From positions 1 to 64,000 of the forward strand of contig CAVUWV010000001.1 in assembly GCA_963745075.1 (NCBI GenBank): a stretch of DNA of 64,000 nucleotides, written 5' to 3'. Below the pieces are notes generated by a model. The model was not told where the DNA came from. It made no database searches and saw only the letters and a program-made list of their open reading frames with translations. The stretch is from Candidatus Hydrogenedentota bacterium (GTDB lineage: Bacteria > Hydrogenedentota > Hydrogenedentia > Hydrogenedentales > SLHB01). The stretch's first letter is position 1; every line of letters begins with the position of its first letter. The translations under genes and the position numbers were made by a program. Below, piece by piece: positions 11,917-23,532 of this stretch.

Positions 11917-11946
11917 CCGCGGCGGCGTGCAGGGGAGACGCCGCGG
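11917..11946 (+). terminator. GC hairpin after CPBP gene
   Basis: CCGCGGCG / CGCCGCGG arms with no U-tract. Confidence 0.35.
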
Positions 11947-12044
11947 TCATGGTGTTCACGGCACAATCTCGTGGACTTCTGCGAGAGCGTTGCCGATCTG
12001 GCCAGCAATACGTTATGTCGTTGCTCGACTTCAACGCGTTTATG

Positions 12045-12356
12045 CTATACTTCCAATCGCTCCTGCCGCAGCGACTCCAGGAGAACACCCAAGGCGGAAC
12101 TGACCACGCGGTTTACGTCGTCGATCCGTCCTTCGGCCAGAAAACCGGCACTGTATTTGACCACGCCCGATTGCAATGATTGCAAGAGCTGATCGATCCC
12201 TAAGAGTAGCGACCAGACCAACGCATAGACCCCATAGCCTGTTTCGCCGATAGTGGCGATCAGATAGGGCACCAGGATCAACTGAGGGACCAGCAGAAGC
12301 ATCCGGCTGGTCCAAATGACAAGAGCATTAGAAAGTATCAGGTGGGACTGACGCAA
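12045..12356 (-). pseudogene. Polysaccharide flippase (Wzx/MATE-like) N-terminal fragment
   Basis: LVPYLIATIGETGYGVYALVWS..VVKYSA..VNRVVSSA. It stops after about 100 aa, next to the GC junction. Confidence 0.7.
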
Positions 12357-12430
12357 ACGTATACCTTATCGAACCTTTACCCGCGGTATGCATCACTGCG
12401 GTGCAGACTAGTCTGACGGCTGTCGCCGTA

Positions 12431-13738
12431 TTACTCCGCGGTGTCCGCTTGCCATCCCAGGTCAAGGCGTTCCCCAAGATTGCCCGTCCATTCTCTCTTT
12501 TCGTTCCTGGTTTGCAGCATGAGGGTCAGGTGATAAGGGATTATCGCGGTTTCGACCTTTAATTGCGCCACATGGCACTCGCCCGGTTTCCACTGAGAGG
12601 TCGGGTCATTGTAAAGAAAACCATGCCAAGTCGTGTAAAGTCCATCCGGTTTGTCCGGTTTGATGTGTTGAACAAAACTCGGATCGACCGTGGCAACAAT
12701 ATTCAGATGATAGTCCGTATCCAAATCCTTTGTCGTCCGAAATAGGAAGGAAAATGTGTATTCTTCGTCTCCCGTAATACTCGTGTCCACGGCTAGAAAA
12801 TCCAGTCCGTCTATCATGCTCCGTGGCGTCATGCCCGACGTAAGTGCACTCCATTTCGCGGCAAGCGCTTGAGCGACCGTCTTGGATACTTCAGGTCCAG
12901 GAGGCGCCTGTGCATATAGTCCAGCGAATGTGGTGCATGCATTGACGCGGTCGACGAATGCCTTTTCGTCGAAGACATCCCATTGCCAGCCGACAGGAAG
13001 CGTATTACCTACATTTGCGACCCATTGATTCTTATTGTCCCGCGTATGCAAAACTATCTGCAGGTTGTACGGTGTAAGATTATCTGTGATTCTCGCCTTC
13101 ACTACATAATACTCGCCGGGCTTCCACTCCGACGTGGGCGGGTCGCTGATAATTCCGGCCCAAGTTCTGTACCCTTTGGCCTTAAATTGTTCTGGAAGAT
13201 ACTGGACATTCGACGGGAACACTTGTCCTTGAACGAGCAAATGATAGTCTTCCGAGATGTCCTTGACTGGACGGAGAAGAAATGAGAAAGTGTATTGATT
13301 CTCCGCAGTAGCAATGGTCTTGACAGCGAGAAACTCCAACCCGTCTGTCAGCTTACGTGGTGTCATATTCTTCGTGATGGTGGCCCACTTCTCAGCGAAT
13401 TCGCGGTCCCTTGCATCGGACTGTTTTTCATCGGCCTTGTATTCTTGTTGCTCTGCGTACAAGCTAACGAAATCATTCCCAGTCTTAATCTTGTAAGACA
13501 CCGACACTCCCGGCTCCGGTGTTGACGGTTTCTGCGGTACCGGGGCAGAAGGTACAACCTGCGGAGAGCTGGGTGGAGTTGTCGGTGCCGGCGGTGGCGG
13601 CGGCGGAACTGGGGAAGGTGGCGGTGGTACGGACGTGACTTCTGGCGCCTTTGGCGGCTCCTCTTGTTGCGTGCACCCCGACAAAACCAATGCAAATACG
13701 GTCGCGCAGATAAGAGCGCCAAGAAACTTTCGATTCAT
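12431..13738 (-). CDS. Lipoprotein with Pro-rich linker and two copies of an unnamed ~135-aa domain
   Basis: Lipobox LSGC; poly-Pro; repeated KW..MTP..DGL.FL.V..YTFSFL..DYH..PTS.WKPGE..GWQ. Confidence 0.8.
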   Translation of the reverse strand: MNRKFLGALICATVFALVLSGCTQQEEPPKAPEVTSVPPPPSPVPPPPPPAPTTPPSSPQVVPSAPVPQKPSTPEPGVSVSYKIKTGNDFVSLYAEQQEYKADEKQSDARDREFAEKWATITKNMTPRKLTDGLEFLAVKTIATAENQYTFSFLLRPVKDISEDYHLLVQGQVFPSNVQYLPEQFKAKGYRTWAGIISDPPTSEWKPGEYYVVKARITDNLTPYNLQIVLHTRDNKNQWVANVGNTLPVGWQWDVFDEKAFVDRVNACTTFAGLYAQAPPGPEVSKTVAQALAAKWSALTSGMTPRSMIDGLDFLAVDTSITGDEEYTFSFLFRTTKDLDTDYHLNIVATVDPSFVQHIKPDKPDGLYTTWHGFLYNDPTSQWKPGECHVAQLKVETAIIPYHLTLMLQTRNEKREWTGNLGERLDLGWQADTAE

Positions 13739-14021
13739 AATTAGTTCCTCACTTTCCCAAGGTTCGGCCACCGTGCCGAATAGAGACTAACTCTTTTTGC
13801 GAGTCCGCGGAACACGTACATACAAGTCCGGTTAAGAACGCCACCCTCAATTTGGACCATGTCCCGACGCGCTTGCATCTAGGTGTGGACTTCCAATCCT
13901 CTATACTTGACTCCGGGATAGGTTTCGTCACGACTCGCAAACGTACACATAGGGTAAGACTAACATATTCACGCCATCTAAAGTCAACAAATGTCCGCGT
14001 CCCACTTACGGAAGGAAACGT

Positions 14022-15191
14022 TCAAACGGCGGAATGCCTGGACTCAAGCTCCGCCTGGTAGACGGCCAAATACCCTTTAGCGCAATCTCGCATGGAATAC
14101 CTCTCCCGAAAACCCGGTGCCGCGGTGCGCGCCCGCATCCTGTAGTTTCCCAAGTTTTCGCGTACGTGCAACATTGCTTCGGCAAATTGCGATACGTCAT
14201 TCACGGGCGCCAAGGTCCATGCATCGCCAGGGTACAGACCCCGAATCTCCGGAATATCCGATGCCACAATCGGCAGTCCACATGAGGCAGCTTCCAGAAG
14301 TACAAGTGGTAAGCCTTCATATCGCGAGGGGAAGCAGAATAGGTCCGCCGCCGTGAGCGCGGGCCATGGCTCAGGTTGTCGATTCAAGAAATGTGCTTGA
14401 TTGGTTACGCCAAGCGCTTCCGCCAGCCGTTTGGCTTCCTCCCGCAAAGGGCCATCGCCCACAAGAATCAACGTGGCATCCGCGTCCCCTCGGAAGGCTT
14501 TTGCGAAAGCTTCCAGCAGCACGTCTTGTGCTTTGGGTTCGGATTCAAGGGATGATCCGCGCCGGGTTCCATGTAAACGTCCAATATGAGCCACCACAAA
14601 TGCTCGCTGAGGAATGTTCAGCGCCTGCCTGGCCCGCAGTTTCGCATCCATATCCGGTACCGCATCCAGCATCACGGCGCCATTGGGGACGGTGGTCACG
14701 CGCACGAACTTGTCGACGCCCATAAACTTGCGATACGCATCGGCAACTGGTTCTGAGCAGGCGACCGTCAAATTACAGCAATGGCCCAGCATTCGCACGA
14801 CCTGAGGTCGACGGTAGCCGCAGATTGCGGTACTATGCAGCGTTCGAACATGCAAGACCCGGCGGTCCAGCACTAGCGCTTTCGCGGTCATACAGGCAAC
14901 TTCACTCGGGTACAAGTGCGCGTGCATAATATCCGGACGCCAGGAACAAATAATGCGACTCAGGTGCAGGAAATTAGAGGGCGATGCGGGGTGACGTTCA
15001 TTCACACCTTCAACATCCACGCCCGCGCCACGTAAGGAACGGAGCAATAACTGTCCCCTCTCGTACCGGACACCCGCCAATGAATACACGAGCACATCCA
15101 CTCCGAGCGCCGAAAGCTCAACTCCAAGACTGGCCACAAGGGACTCCGCCCCACCCGAAGTCAGAACTGGGACTACATGTACCACCTTCAT
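14022..15191 (-). CDS. Glycosyltransferase family 4
   Basis: GGAE, HAH, GDGPLR and PSRYEGLPLVLLEA motifs. Confidence 0.93.
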   Translation of the reverse strand: MKVVHVVPVLTSGGAESLVASLGVELSALGVDVLVYSLAGVRYERGQLLLRSLRGAGVDVEGVNERHPASPSNFLHLSRIICSWRPDIMHAHLYPSEVACMTAKALVLDRRVLHVRTLHSTAICGYRRPQVVRMLGHCCNLTVACSEPVADAYRKFMGVDKFVRVTTVPNGAVMLDAVPDMDAKLRARQALNIPQRAFVVAHIGRLHGTRRGSSLESEPKAQDVLLEAFAKAFRGDADATLILVGDGPLREEAKRLAEALGVTNQAHFLNRQPEPWPALTAADLFCFPSRYEGLPLVLLEAASCGLPIVASDIPEIRGLYPGDAWTLAPVNDVSQFAEAMLHVRENLGNYRMRARTAAPGFRERYSMRDCAKGYLAVYQAELESRHSAV

Positions 15192-15244
15192 GAATTACCC
15201 CAGATTACCCAGTCGTCCGGCCTGCCGGCTGTCGCCGAGACTGA

Positions 15245-16202
15245 TTAGTAGCCGAACGTCTTGTGAAAGATTCCCGCTACCATATAGTAGACGGCCTTGT
15301 GATGCCAGGGCATGTCCGATTGCCAGCGCTGGTCAAGCCGCACCGGGGTTTCTGCGCTCCATGCAAACCGATGTGCGCTGCCGCCGATGTTGTGCTTTTC
15401 GTCGCGGGAAAGATGAAGCCTGCGCTGGTCGAAAGGAATATCCAAACTGCGCACAAATATTCTTGAGAACCCCTTTTTTGTCGGAACAAATATCTTCGTA
15501 ATGAACCACAATCACATCTTCAGGCCTGAAAAGGCTGCGGCTCAGAAGCAGCTGCAAGTTAGTAACACACCATGCACGCGTCGATGGAACTAACTTAAAG
15601 CCGGCGTCGCGGCCATCACCCTCTTCGGCACGAATTCTTTTCGAATGCAAAACCGCGCGGCCGTCACGGATCAGGTGAATGACTTTTAGCTCAATGCCCT
15701 TGGGGCGGGCGAGAATTAGCGCGAGCAAGTGTTCCGGCGTCTTTGAAGAATCGATAACTGTCTCCGAGCCGGTGGATCGTCCGAATGCATCAAGGATTTG
15801 ATAACAGCTGTGCCCAATTTCTCGCAGTGAATCAAGCCGATATGCTCGTAGCAGAAGCACTTGTCGTACGCGCCGAATGGGAATCAGGGCGGCGAAGAGT
15901 AGGTACGCGTAAAACAACCGGGTGCGGTGGAAGGTTTCGGAACGCGTCTCAACGCTTAAGAAAAGCTGACCAGTATCCGCTTCGTATCGTCGTCGTACGT
16001 CTGTCCAGACGTGACAATCCCGAAAGGACTTTCCGCATGTACATGACCAGTTCCATTCAGCGCCGGGCCCAGTCTTGTTGAGATGATTTGAAAGGTTTCG
16101 CAACTCGCCAACGCTTTCCACTTCCGGTTGGTTGCTGAGGAAATTATCGAGCATGGTGGACCCCGATCGGGAATCGGAAGCAATGTAGATTAACCTCTTC
16201 AC
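15245..16202 (-). CDS. Sulfotransferase; frameshift near 15430; in frame with upstream lipoprotein
   Basis: 5'-PSB RSGSTML, DSSK, 3'-PB HLIRDGRAVLHS and YED motifs. The tail HNIGG..RLDQRW is in another frame. Confidence 0.85.
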
Positions 16203-17090
16203 GATCCATTGCGCTCCGCTTGAGTCCGCGGACTGCCAACCAAGCTCGACCACGTTTCCGACATTCGCCAACCAACGCGAACGTGCGTCTCTCGTGTGCA
16301 GCCACACGCTTATGTCATAGGGAATGATTTCGGTTTCGAACGTGAGTCGAACCACGTGATACTCGTCGGTTCCCCATTTGGATGTCGGATCGCCGTAGAG
16401 CGAAATAGCCCATCTTGCGTAATTCGCGCCGGGTTTAGCCGGTTTGATGTATTGTACGTGGCCTGGTTCGACCTTTCCGGTAACAAAAAAATGGTAATTC
16501 GTGTCCAACGCATTGGTCGTATGTAGCAAGAAAGATAATGTATACTCGCGCGGGCCAGTCCTATCGGTCTTGACCGTAAGTAAATCAAGTCCTTCGATGA
16601 GGGTCTTCGGGGTCATTGCAGATGTCAACGCTTTCCATTTACCCGCAAAAGCCTTGTCGACGACCTTGGTGCGATCAGGTTGACTCTTATACTCATTCTG
16701 TAACCCCGCCAATCTAACGAAATCATTTATACCCTCAATCTCCGCCAAATATCTCAGAGTCTTCTCAGAGAATTCCAGGGCTAGCGAACTCCCAGTTTCA
16801 TCCTGCCCTGCCGGCCCCCGAGGTAGCACGGGAGATGCCTGTGACTGGTTCGCGTTGGGAGATGTTGGCGTCGGAGATGAAGGAATTGAAGCGAGTTCAC
16901 GAGCGGTACCATTGTCCGTCGATGCTTCGGAAGACTTCGACTTTTCTCCACAGCCCGAAAGCCAGGCGACGTTGCATGCGACCGCGAGCACTGTGGTCAA
17001 GCGACATAATTTCGATATCGTAATTTGTTCCAGACTTTCATCCATAAGATTCAACGTAACGGGACCAAAACGTAATAGCCCCGTATCCAT
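16203..17090 (-). CDS. Lipoprotein with one copy of the same ~135-aa domain (no stop before sulfotransferase)
   Basis: Lipobox LSGC; KWKALTSAMTPKTLIEGLDLL..YTLSFL..PTSKW..GWQ. Confidence 0.7.
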
Positions 17091-17105
17091 TTCCTGTGGC
17101 GCATC

Positions 17106-19722
17106 TCACTCCTGGATTGTGCGATAGGTCTCGCCAAAGTATGTTGCAGGGTCGCCGACCAATGAAATGAGTTGTGATGCGTTGCCTTCCATCGTTACCT
17201 TCGCATGGAGGAACGCATCGCCAAGTCGTTCTGCGGGTTGCTCGGGATCGAGAAGCGCGTCGCACATCAAGGTCGCAAACCTGGTCGTCGTACTTACTTC
17301 GGTTCTTGCCACGTGGCCCACGCAGGCTATTGCTCCGCCAGAGGTAGCCTTAACCAGAGCGACCCCGATGCCGACGCCCCCTTTGATAGCACCCGAGGAA
17401 GTCGGCACATCGAAAATGTTCGAATAGCAGGTCGCCGCGAAAACCACTGGGCATCGACTTCCATTGTTCAGTAGGCCCACGTGATCATACGTAAACATGT
17501 CCGAGATTGACTTAAGGTCCGTAACTCCGGTTCGCCACACGGCCGCACCCCCGTGGCCGGCGAAGTACACAACTGCACATCCAGTGTTGATCGCATCGAC
17601 GATACCATTCTGTATGCGGTGATTCTCCACACTCCTCAACTCCTCGGTCAACCGGACATAAGCTTCATCAAGTGCTTTGATGCGCTTCGCGTCGGACTCA
17701 GAATGATCTCTTTGGCTTTGAAACCACTGTTCAGCCGCTTCATCAGACGTTAGTTCAGGTTCTCACGCATCAAGTCCTCGATACCTTTGACTACCTTCTT
17801 CCCTACAACGTCCAGGAGTTGCTGCTTTTCCTCGCTGACCCTTTGGCGTGCCGTGTCGAGCTCAGTAAACTCAGGCGTTCTTCCCTCCCCAGCAAGGATT
17901 GAGGCGGTCTGCCAACCGGCAAAGTTGCTGCTGAACGGATTTGTCATACCAGCCGAGTCAAATGAAGCGATTATAAGCAGACGTTTCCGCCACGCTTCGA
18001 CTTGTTTCGAGTTTCGTGCCAGGGACGATTCTGGGTCGGCAGATTCATCAAATGCGATGAGTTTGCGGACAAAACCTTCCAGTTCATCCGCGTCACTAAT
18101 CGGGAGGCGTCCCACCGCAACCTGCGGCACTCCAGTTTCCCCACCTTCACTACCCAGAACATAATAATCGTCATACGCAACCATTGGCATTCGGTCATCG
18201 GGATATTCCGAGTACTTTCCGTGATAAGTTGGGACAAGATTCTCCTTGTCTTCAATTACGTGGCGATAATCGTACGTTGCCCCACCCACGAGAAAGACGT
18301 AGCGAAGTTTCGTGTTCGAGGATTTTGATTCATTGAGTAAATCATCCACGAAATCGCGAATGGCTTGTGGGCTAATCATTCCATTGCTGTACTCGTTGTA
18401 AATGTCGTCCACATCGACAAGCAGGCAAGCCAGCCCTTGGTTGCGCCGGTGCTGGATAAGCGGTTTAAGCGGCTCCATAAGCGATTCGTGTGAGATGACG
18501 ACATACTCGGGTACACCCTCTCGAACCTTCAAAGAGCTTTCTCGAACAGGTGAGATTCGCGATGGCTGGACATAATTGTCATCCGTGAGGGCCACGAACA
18601 GGCCACCCTCTCCGTTTAACGGATATATATACTCCGTGTAGTACTTTCCAGTTTTGGCGTCAAGTATTCCATTGATGTCCAATCGGGTTTCGCGATGGAG
18701 GTCAAATATGTCGATGTTCTCAGACGCAAACGAAGGCTTGAACCGAACGCTGTCGCACCGGCTGTCACCTTTCAAGAAACTGTAGAGGACTTGGTCGTCG
18801 AGTGCTACGAGTTCGGCCTCATAGCTCATTTCAATCCAGTCCAAGTAGACAACATCAACAGACCTCTCGGAATGGTTGTTTGCAAACGTTAGCGACGTTG
18901 CTGATTTGAACTCAGCAAACTGTTTAGCGGGCAACTTAGCTTCGAGCGTGAATGGCTTGAATCCGTCCCAGATGGCGTGCCCAAGAGGTATGCTCTCACC
19001 GAGTGGAATCGTCCAGTCATGGTCAGGGTTCTTACCTGTGTCGCTACCTCCGAGTAGCAACATGCGGAGGGTGATTTCGCTGCTCCCATTGGCCATGTCT
19101 GATGCGTAGGTCGCGAGGTCCAAGTTGACTCTGGTGACACTCGGCGGTGCCATAACCTTGTCGTAGACGGCGTGGTCTGTTTCGTAATTATTGGCAGGAA
19201 ACTGCTCGAGTATCCGGTCTTGATCTATGACATTCACTCGACGGTATGAGGTTGCGACCTTGGAAGAGCGGGTGGGCCGCTCTAGGGGCGCAGTCTTCGC
19301 GAAACGATGAGGGGGTACTTACCGTCAAGACGGAGGATATAGGCATTCTCGCGCGAATAGCGGTACTTGCGGGTCGTCGTGCCTCGTGGTGCCTCGCCCC
19401 AAAACTTTATCACGGACAAGTCCGTGAATTGACCATCCGAGTTCACGTTTTCGATTCTAATCGGAACGGTCTCTCCCTGGTTGAAAAGGTTTATCCTTGA
19501 ATCATCCACGGGAAGCACCGTAGGAGAAAGAGACGCGGCGAGGTCCGCCCCGGTGACCCGGTACATCCCATCTCTTTCCACCGTAATCTTGACCGCGCAT
19601 ATTTCTTGTGCGTGAGCAGGCGCTAACAAGAATAAAGTGACACAGACGAACAAAGGTCGACATTTGATATTGCGCATGCGAAGGCTCCGTGAACTCATTA
19701 GCCTACGATACTTCTCGTTCAA
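17106..19722 (-). CDS. C25-family (gingipain/PorU-like) cysteine peptidase; frameshifts near 19270 and 17765
   Basis: KITVERDGMYRVT N-terminus; VDDIYNEYS, YVFLVG, DDYY and VGRLP motifs; catalytic FAGHG and ATCYS. Confidence 0.8.
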
Positions 19723-20281
19723 ATCTACGATGAACTACCACATGACTTCAGGTTCCTGTCGCCAAGGCAAGAAATCATACCTCGGGAGGCCATACCGCAA
19801 CGAGAATACGCGCTAAGTTGCGGCAAACGCAAAGTGTCGACATCGAGTGAACGATACCTAATATAAAGTGCTGGATTGAATTAGAATGTTGCCGAACCAC
19901 TTTGCTCTTTGCCCTTGGCGACCCCTCTCTGAACAACTGGGTGCACCGTTCACACTTTATTAGGGATTGACCCACGTGCTGGGCGATGCCCGACGGGGTT
20001 CTTCTGCCCCCGATTTTTCCTCGGGAATGTCGATACACACACCTATGTATACTTCACGGCATCCTCGTTTCCGGGCATTCGCATTTGGTGACGAGTGCGT
20101 CTCCCACCGAGGACGTGTCTTGCCTTTATAAAGCGAACAGAGACATTGGTCCTCGCATCGGACTGACTCACGTCAAACAGGGCTCGTATCCGATGATTCT
20201 GACGCGAGGGTAGAACGCCAAGTATTTTCATTGCCGACGCATTGAACGCTCGAACAGCGCAAATCCGCGCGGGACAGGACG

Positions 20282-21055
20282 CTACCCACGAAGCCGCAGT
20301 ACTACCCGACCCACGATTTCGTGGAACACCTCTGAGCCAAAATTCAGCGCGCCAGTAGTAGGCAACAAGTCGAGCAGGAACCTACTTCTTATGGCGGCCA
20401 CTCCAAAATCGGTCGGCGCGGGAATGATTTTTCGGCAGACGGCACGAAACTCGGCTACGGCACGCGGCATGTGCATCGCAGACGTGACAAGGATGATAGT
20501 CTCGATCTGGTGGGCGCAGAGAAGTCGCTCTGCAAATTGGGCGTTCTCGTGAGTATTTCGGCTTTGGTCTTCCGTAAGAACGACATCTTCGGGGATTCCT
20601 AGTTCACCTAGAAGGATACGCGTGCCGTTTGGCTGTATCGGACTGTCAATCGTAGGTTCGTAACCGGCCCAACCGGTGGAAATAATCCACTTAGCTTTGC
20701 CTGCCTTATACAATCGAGCCGCGTGGAGCACTCGGTTTCCGGACAAATTGATCTCCGGATACAATCTCGGAGGCAGCACCGGCCTCACCCCACCTCCGAG
20801 TATGACAATCGCGTCTGCGGACTCCATATCTTCTACCGGCACCGGTTCGTAAATACGTTCAAGCATCCTGCCCGCGCTGTTAGTAAACAGCGGCATCGAC
20901 CAAAGCCACAACCAAGCGATACTAGCCGTAAGAAAAAGCGCCCCAATACTGCTCATTTCCCACCAGATTGCTGCTTGAGCGACGCACGCCCAAACTAGGG
21001 CTAGAAAAAGTGGCGATGAGGAAAGGTTCACCACGGTTCTAAACACGTATGTCAC
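20282..21055 (-). CDS. DUF218/YdcF (ElyC/SanA-like) protein
   Basis: IVILGGG, SRNTHENA and LVTSAMHMPRA motifs. Confidence 0.92.
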   Translation of the reverse strand: MTYVFRTVVNLSSSPLFLALVWACVAQAAIWWEMSSIGALFLTASIAWLWLWSMPLFTNSAGRMLERIYEPVPVEDMESADAIVILGGGVRPVLPPRLYPEINLSGNRVLHAARLYKAGKAKWIISTGWAGYEPTIDSPIQPNGTRILLGELGIPEDVVLTEDQSRNTHENAQFAERLLCAHQIETIILVTSAMHMPRAVAEFRAVCRKIIPAPTDFGVAAIRSRFLLDLLPTTGALNFGSEVFHEIVGRVVLRLRG

Positions 21056-21211
21056 AGTTCATGCCCCCTCATAGGCGCGTTGGGACACTCTAATATGTAC
21101 CGCTTAATGAGGCTAATGCCGGCGCAACTGGACCCGCCTATAAGATACACGCCATGAATCTATTTGCGGCATTTGTTGCGCGTCTGAGTTCACGAACTCG
21201 ATTAAGACAAC

Positions 21212-22947
21212 TCAAGGCGGGACTGCTGACAAGCTCATCGCATTCGGTTCGCTAAGTGCCACCAAGATCAACTCATTGATGGTCATTGGACCCACGCCCG
21301 GCAGCGTCACAATTTGGAGTCGGACCATGTCATAAAGAGCCAATGAAGATGTGTAGCCAACCAGAAACATGTCCCCATCTGAATTGCCCTGGTCAAGAAG
21401 GTTATCTTCGCATACTACGTGTTCATCGCGATTCATGAATTGCCACCCGATCGACGCGTGCTCTCGCGCTCCTTGGCATCGCACGGCCAATAGATAAGTA
21501 ACATCATCTTGAACAGGCACCGGTACACTATAGTACCAACCAGGTTTCACAATCCTAAAGCCCGGGTCCGGTGAGCCATTCTTCTCAACACGTGCGCCGG
21601 ATTCTTGTCGGAGTTCGTACCAATCTCGCGTTGCGTCTATTAGTCCCGGTACAACGTCGGACCCTGCCGGCAGTGCTTCAACGCACTCCCAGTTCATCAG
21701 GTTGTCCACCCATTGGAGCGTGAGTACATATTCGCCTCTCTCGAGCAGGAGATCCCTGAAGTTCTTGCCGAAGAGCGTATCCACGTCAGATCGTCGGTCT
21801 TGAGCACGTTCTTGCCCTAATCGCCATAAGTAAGGATAGGGAAGCGATTACTGGATGCATACTGAGACTCTGGAATTCGAATCGCCAAGATCCTATCCGA
21901 CCGATACTTGTCGTAATTTACCGGGGGGGCTGACACAGTGAGTTTGGCAATCTCTTCATCGAGCATGTTGAGCAGAGACTTACGCGACGTCAGGATTGCT
22001 TTCTGTTCACCGTCTCGGCAAATCTGCAAGCAGGCAAGTCGCGCGGCCAAGCGCGAACACGCGGTACATCGTTCCGGCTCTTACGCTCAGGAAAGTATCG
22101 ATCGCTTCTTTGACTTGTCCGTCTTGCTCGAATGCGATACCGAGAAAGAACATTGCGTTGACATTGCCTGCAGAGACGGCTCGCTTGAAGTGTTCAATTG
22201 CGGTCTCATATCTTCCGTGGGCAAGTGCGATTTCGCCGAGCAAGTAATGTCCCTCTGCGGAAATATCCTCTCGCTCCAGGATGTGGTGAGCAACGTTTTC
22301 TGCTAGCCGCCAATCCTCAGTGCCCTCGCATGCATGAGCAAGTTGAATAATTGCGTGCCATTGAGCAATTCCAGAGCGTTGTCCGACGGTTCACCAAACT
22401 CGAGCGCACGCGACCAAAGCCCCATGCTTGAGTACGCCAAATACAAAGAACTGTGATAGGGTTCGTACTCGTCGCTGGCGACGTTTGCATACGCACGGGC
22501 CAGTTCGAAATTCGCAATCGCTTCAGCCAATTGCCCCCCATTAAGATAGTACTCCCCCAAGGATAGGCGGGCCGGCGCAAAATAATAGAATCTTTGAGTT
22601 TCGCGAATATTCCCCATGCACTAGTTCCTTATTTATACCAACACTTTGCGCAGTTCGTCCAAGCCCGGGGCCGCGTTACCGGATTCCAATAGGACTCTGC
22701 CGTATACGGTATACGCGAGGGGGTCATCGGGACGATCGAGAGTCGCGCGGTGGGCGATTTTCAGGGCTCGGTCGATTTCACGCTGAGATAAGGCCGCATG
22801 GACATTATCCAGGTAGTGGTCCGTATGCGCGGCTTCGATAAAAGGAAACAGCTTGCTATAAGCGAACACAGCGAACCACAAGAGCGTACAAACGATACCT
22901 ATGGTAAATGCGGGTAGAATCCAACCACATGTTACGTTTCTTTCCAT
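21212..22947 (-). CDS. Membrane-anchored TPR protein, broken into about 5 ORFs
   Basis: N-terminal TM plus TPR-like segments (YTVYGRVLLESG, LSLGEYYLNGG..AIANFELA, FFLGIAFEQDG) in successive frames. Confidence 0.55.
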
Positions 22948-23532
22948 TGGCTTAATTCATGCCAAACAGTAGTTCATGTGCGGTTAGTCTGATTCTGGAC
23001 GCGGAGGTAGAGATTAAACGTATCAAGGTAAGTGCTAACGGCACAGCGTAATCAAGAGCGATCTTCGGTGTCTTCCCATGGTCGTGCCCCCTTGAGAATC
23101 GTAGGCCAACTTCCTGCAGTCGAATGCGAGTATAGACGTGGACCCTAGCCAAGCCACCTTAACCTCCGGTTATCATGCCTGGACTAAGGGAATCTGCGCT
23201 GGTCGGTACCCAATGTCGAATCGCTCCATTGCCGTGATGATCCTTATTCATGTTGCCCAAGCATTTGTAGATTTTACCGAATGCGTATACCTCTTACCAA
23301 TTGCCATCTCAGCTTCCGAGAGGGGCATGGCAGGTCTTTCTGACCCGGCATTTGTTCCATGGGGTAGTAGGTGCTGCTCATAACCCGAATGCCATCGTCT
23401 TAGATGCTTTCGACCCTCCCCCGATACCAAACACATTCGCGGTATCAGGTCTACAAGTATCAGTTTAAGTATCACTCTCGACATATCAAGTGTCGAACTC
23501 CCCCGGAATTATCGGGTTATGTTGCAACGAAA

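Noticed and set aside
19740..20280. Short ORFs between C25 and DUF218
   Set aside because: No recognisable motif or convincing RBS; possibly decayed sequence.
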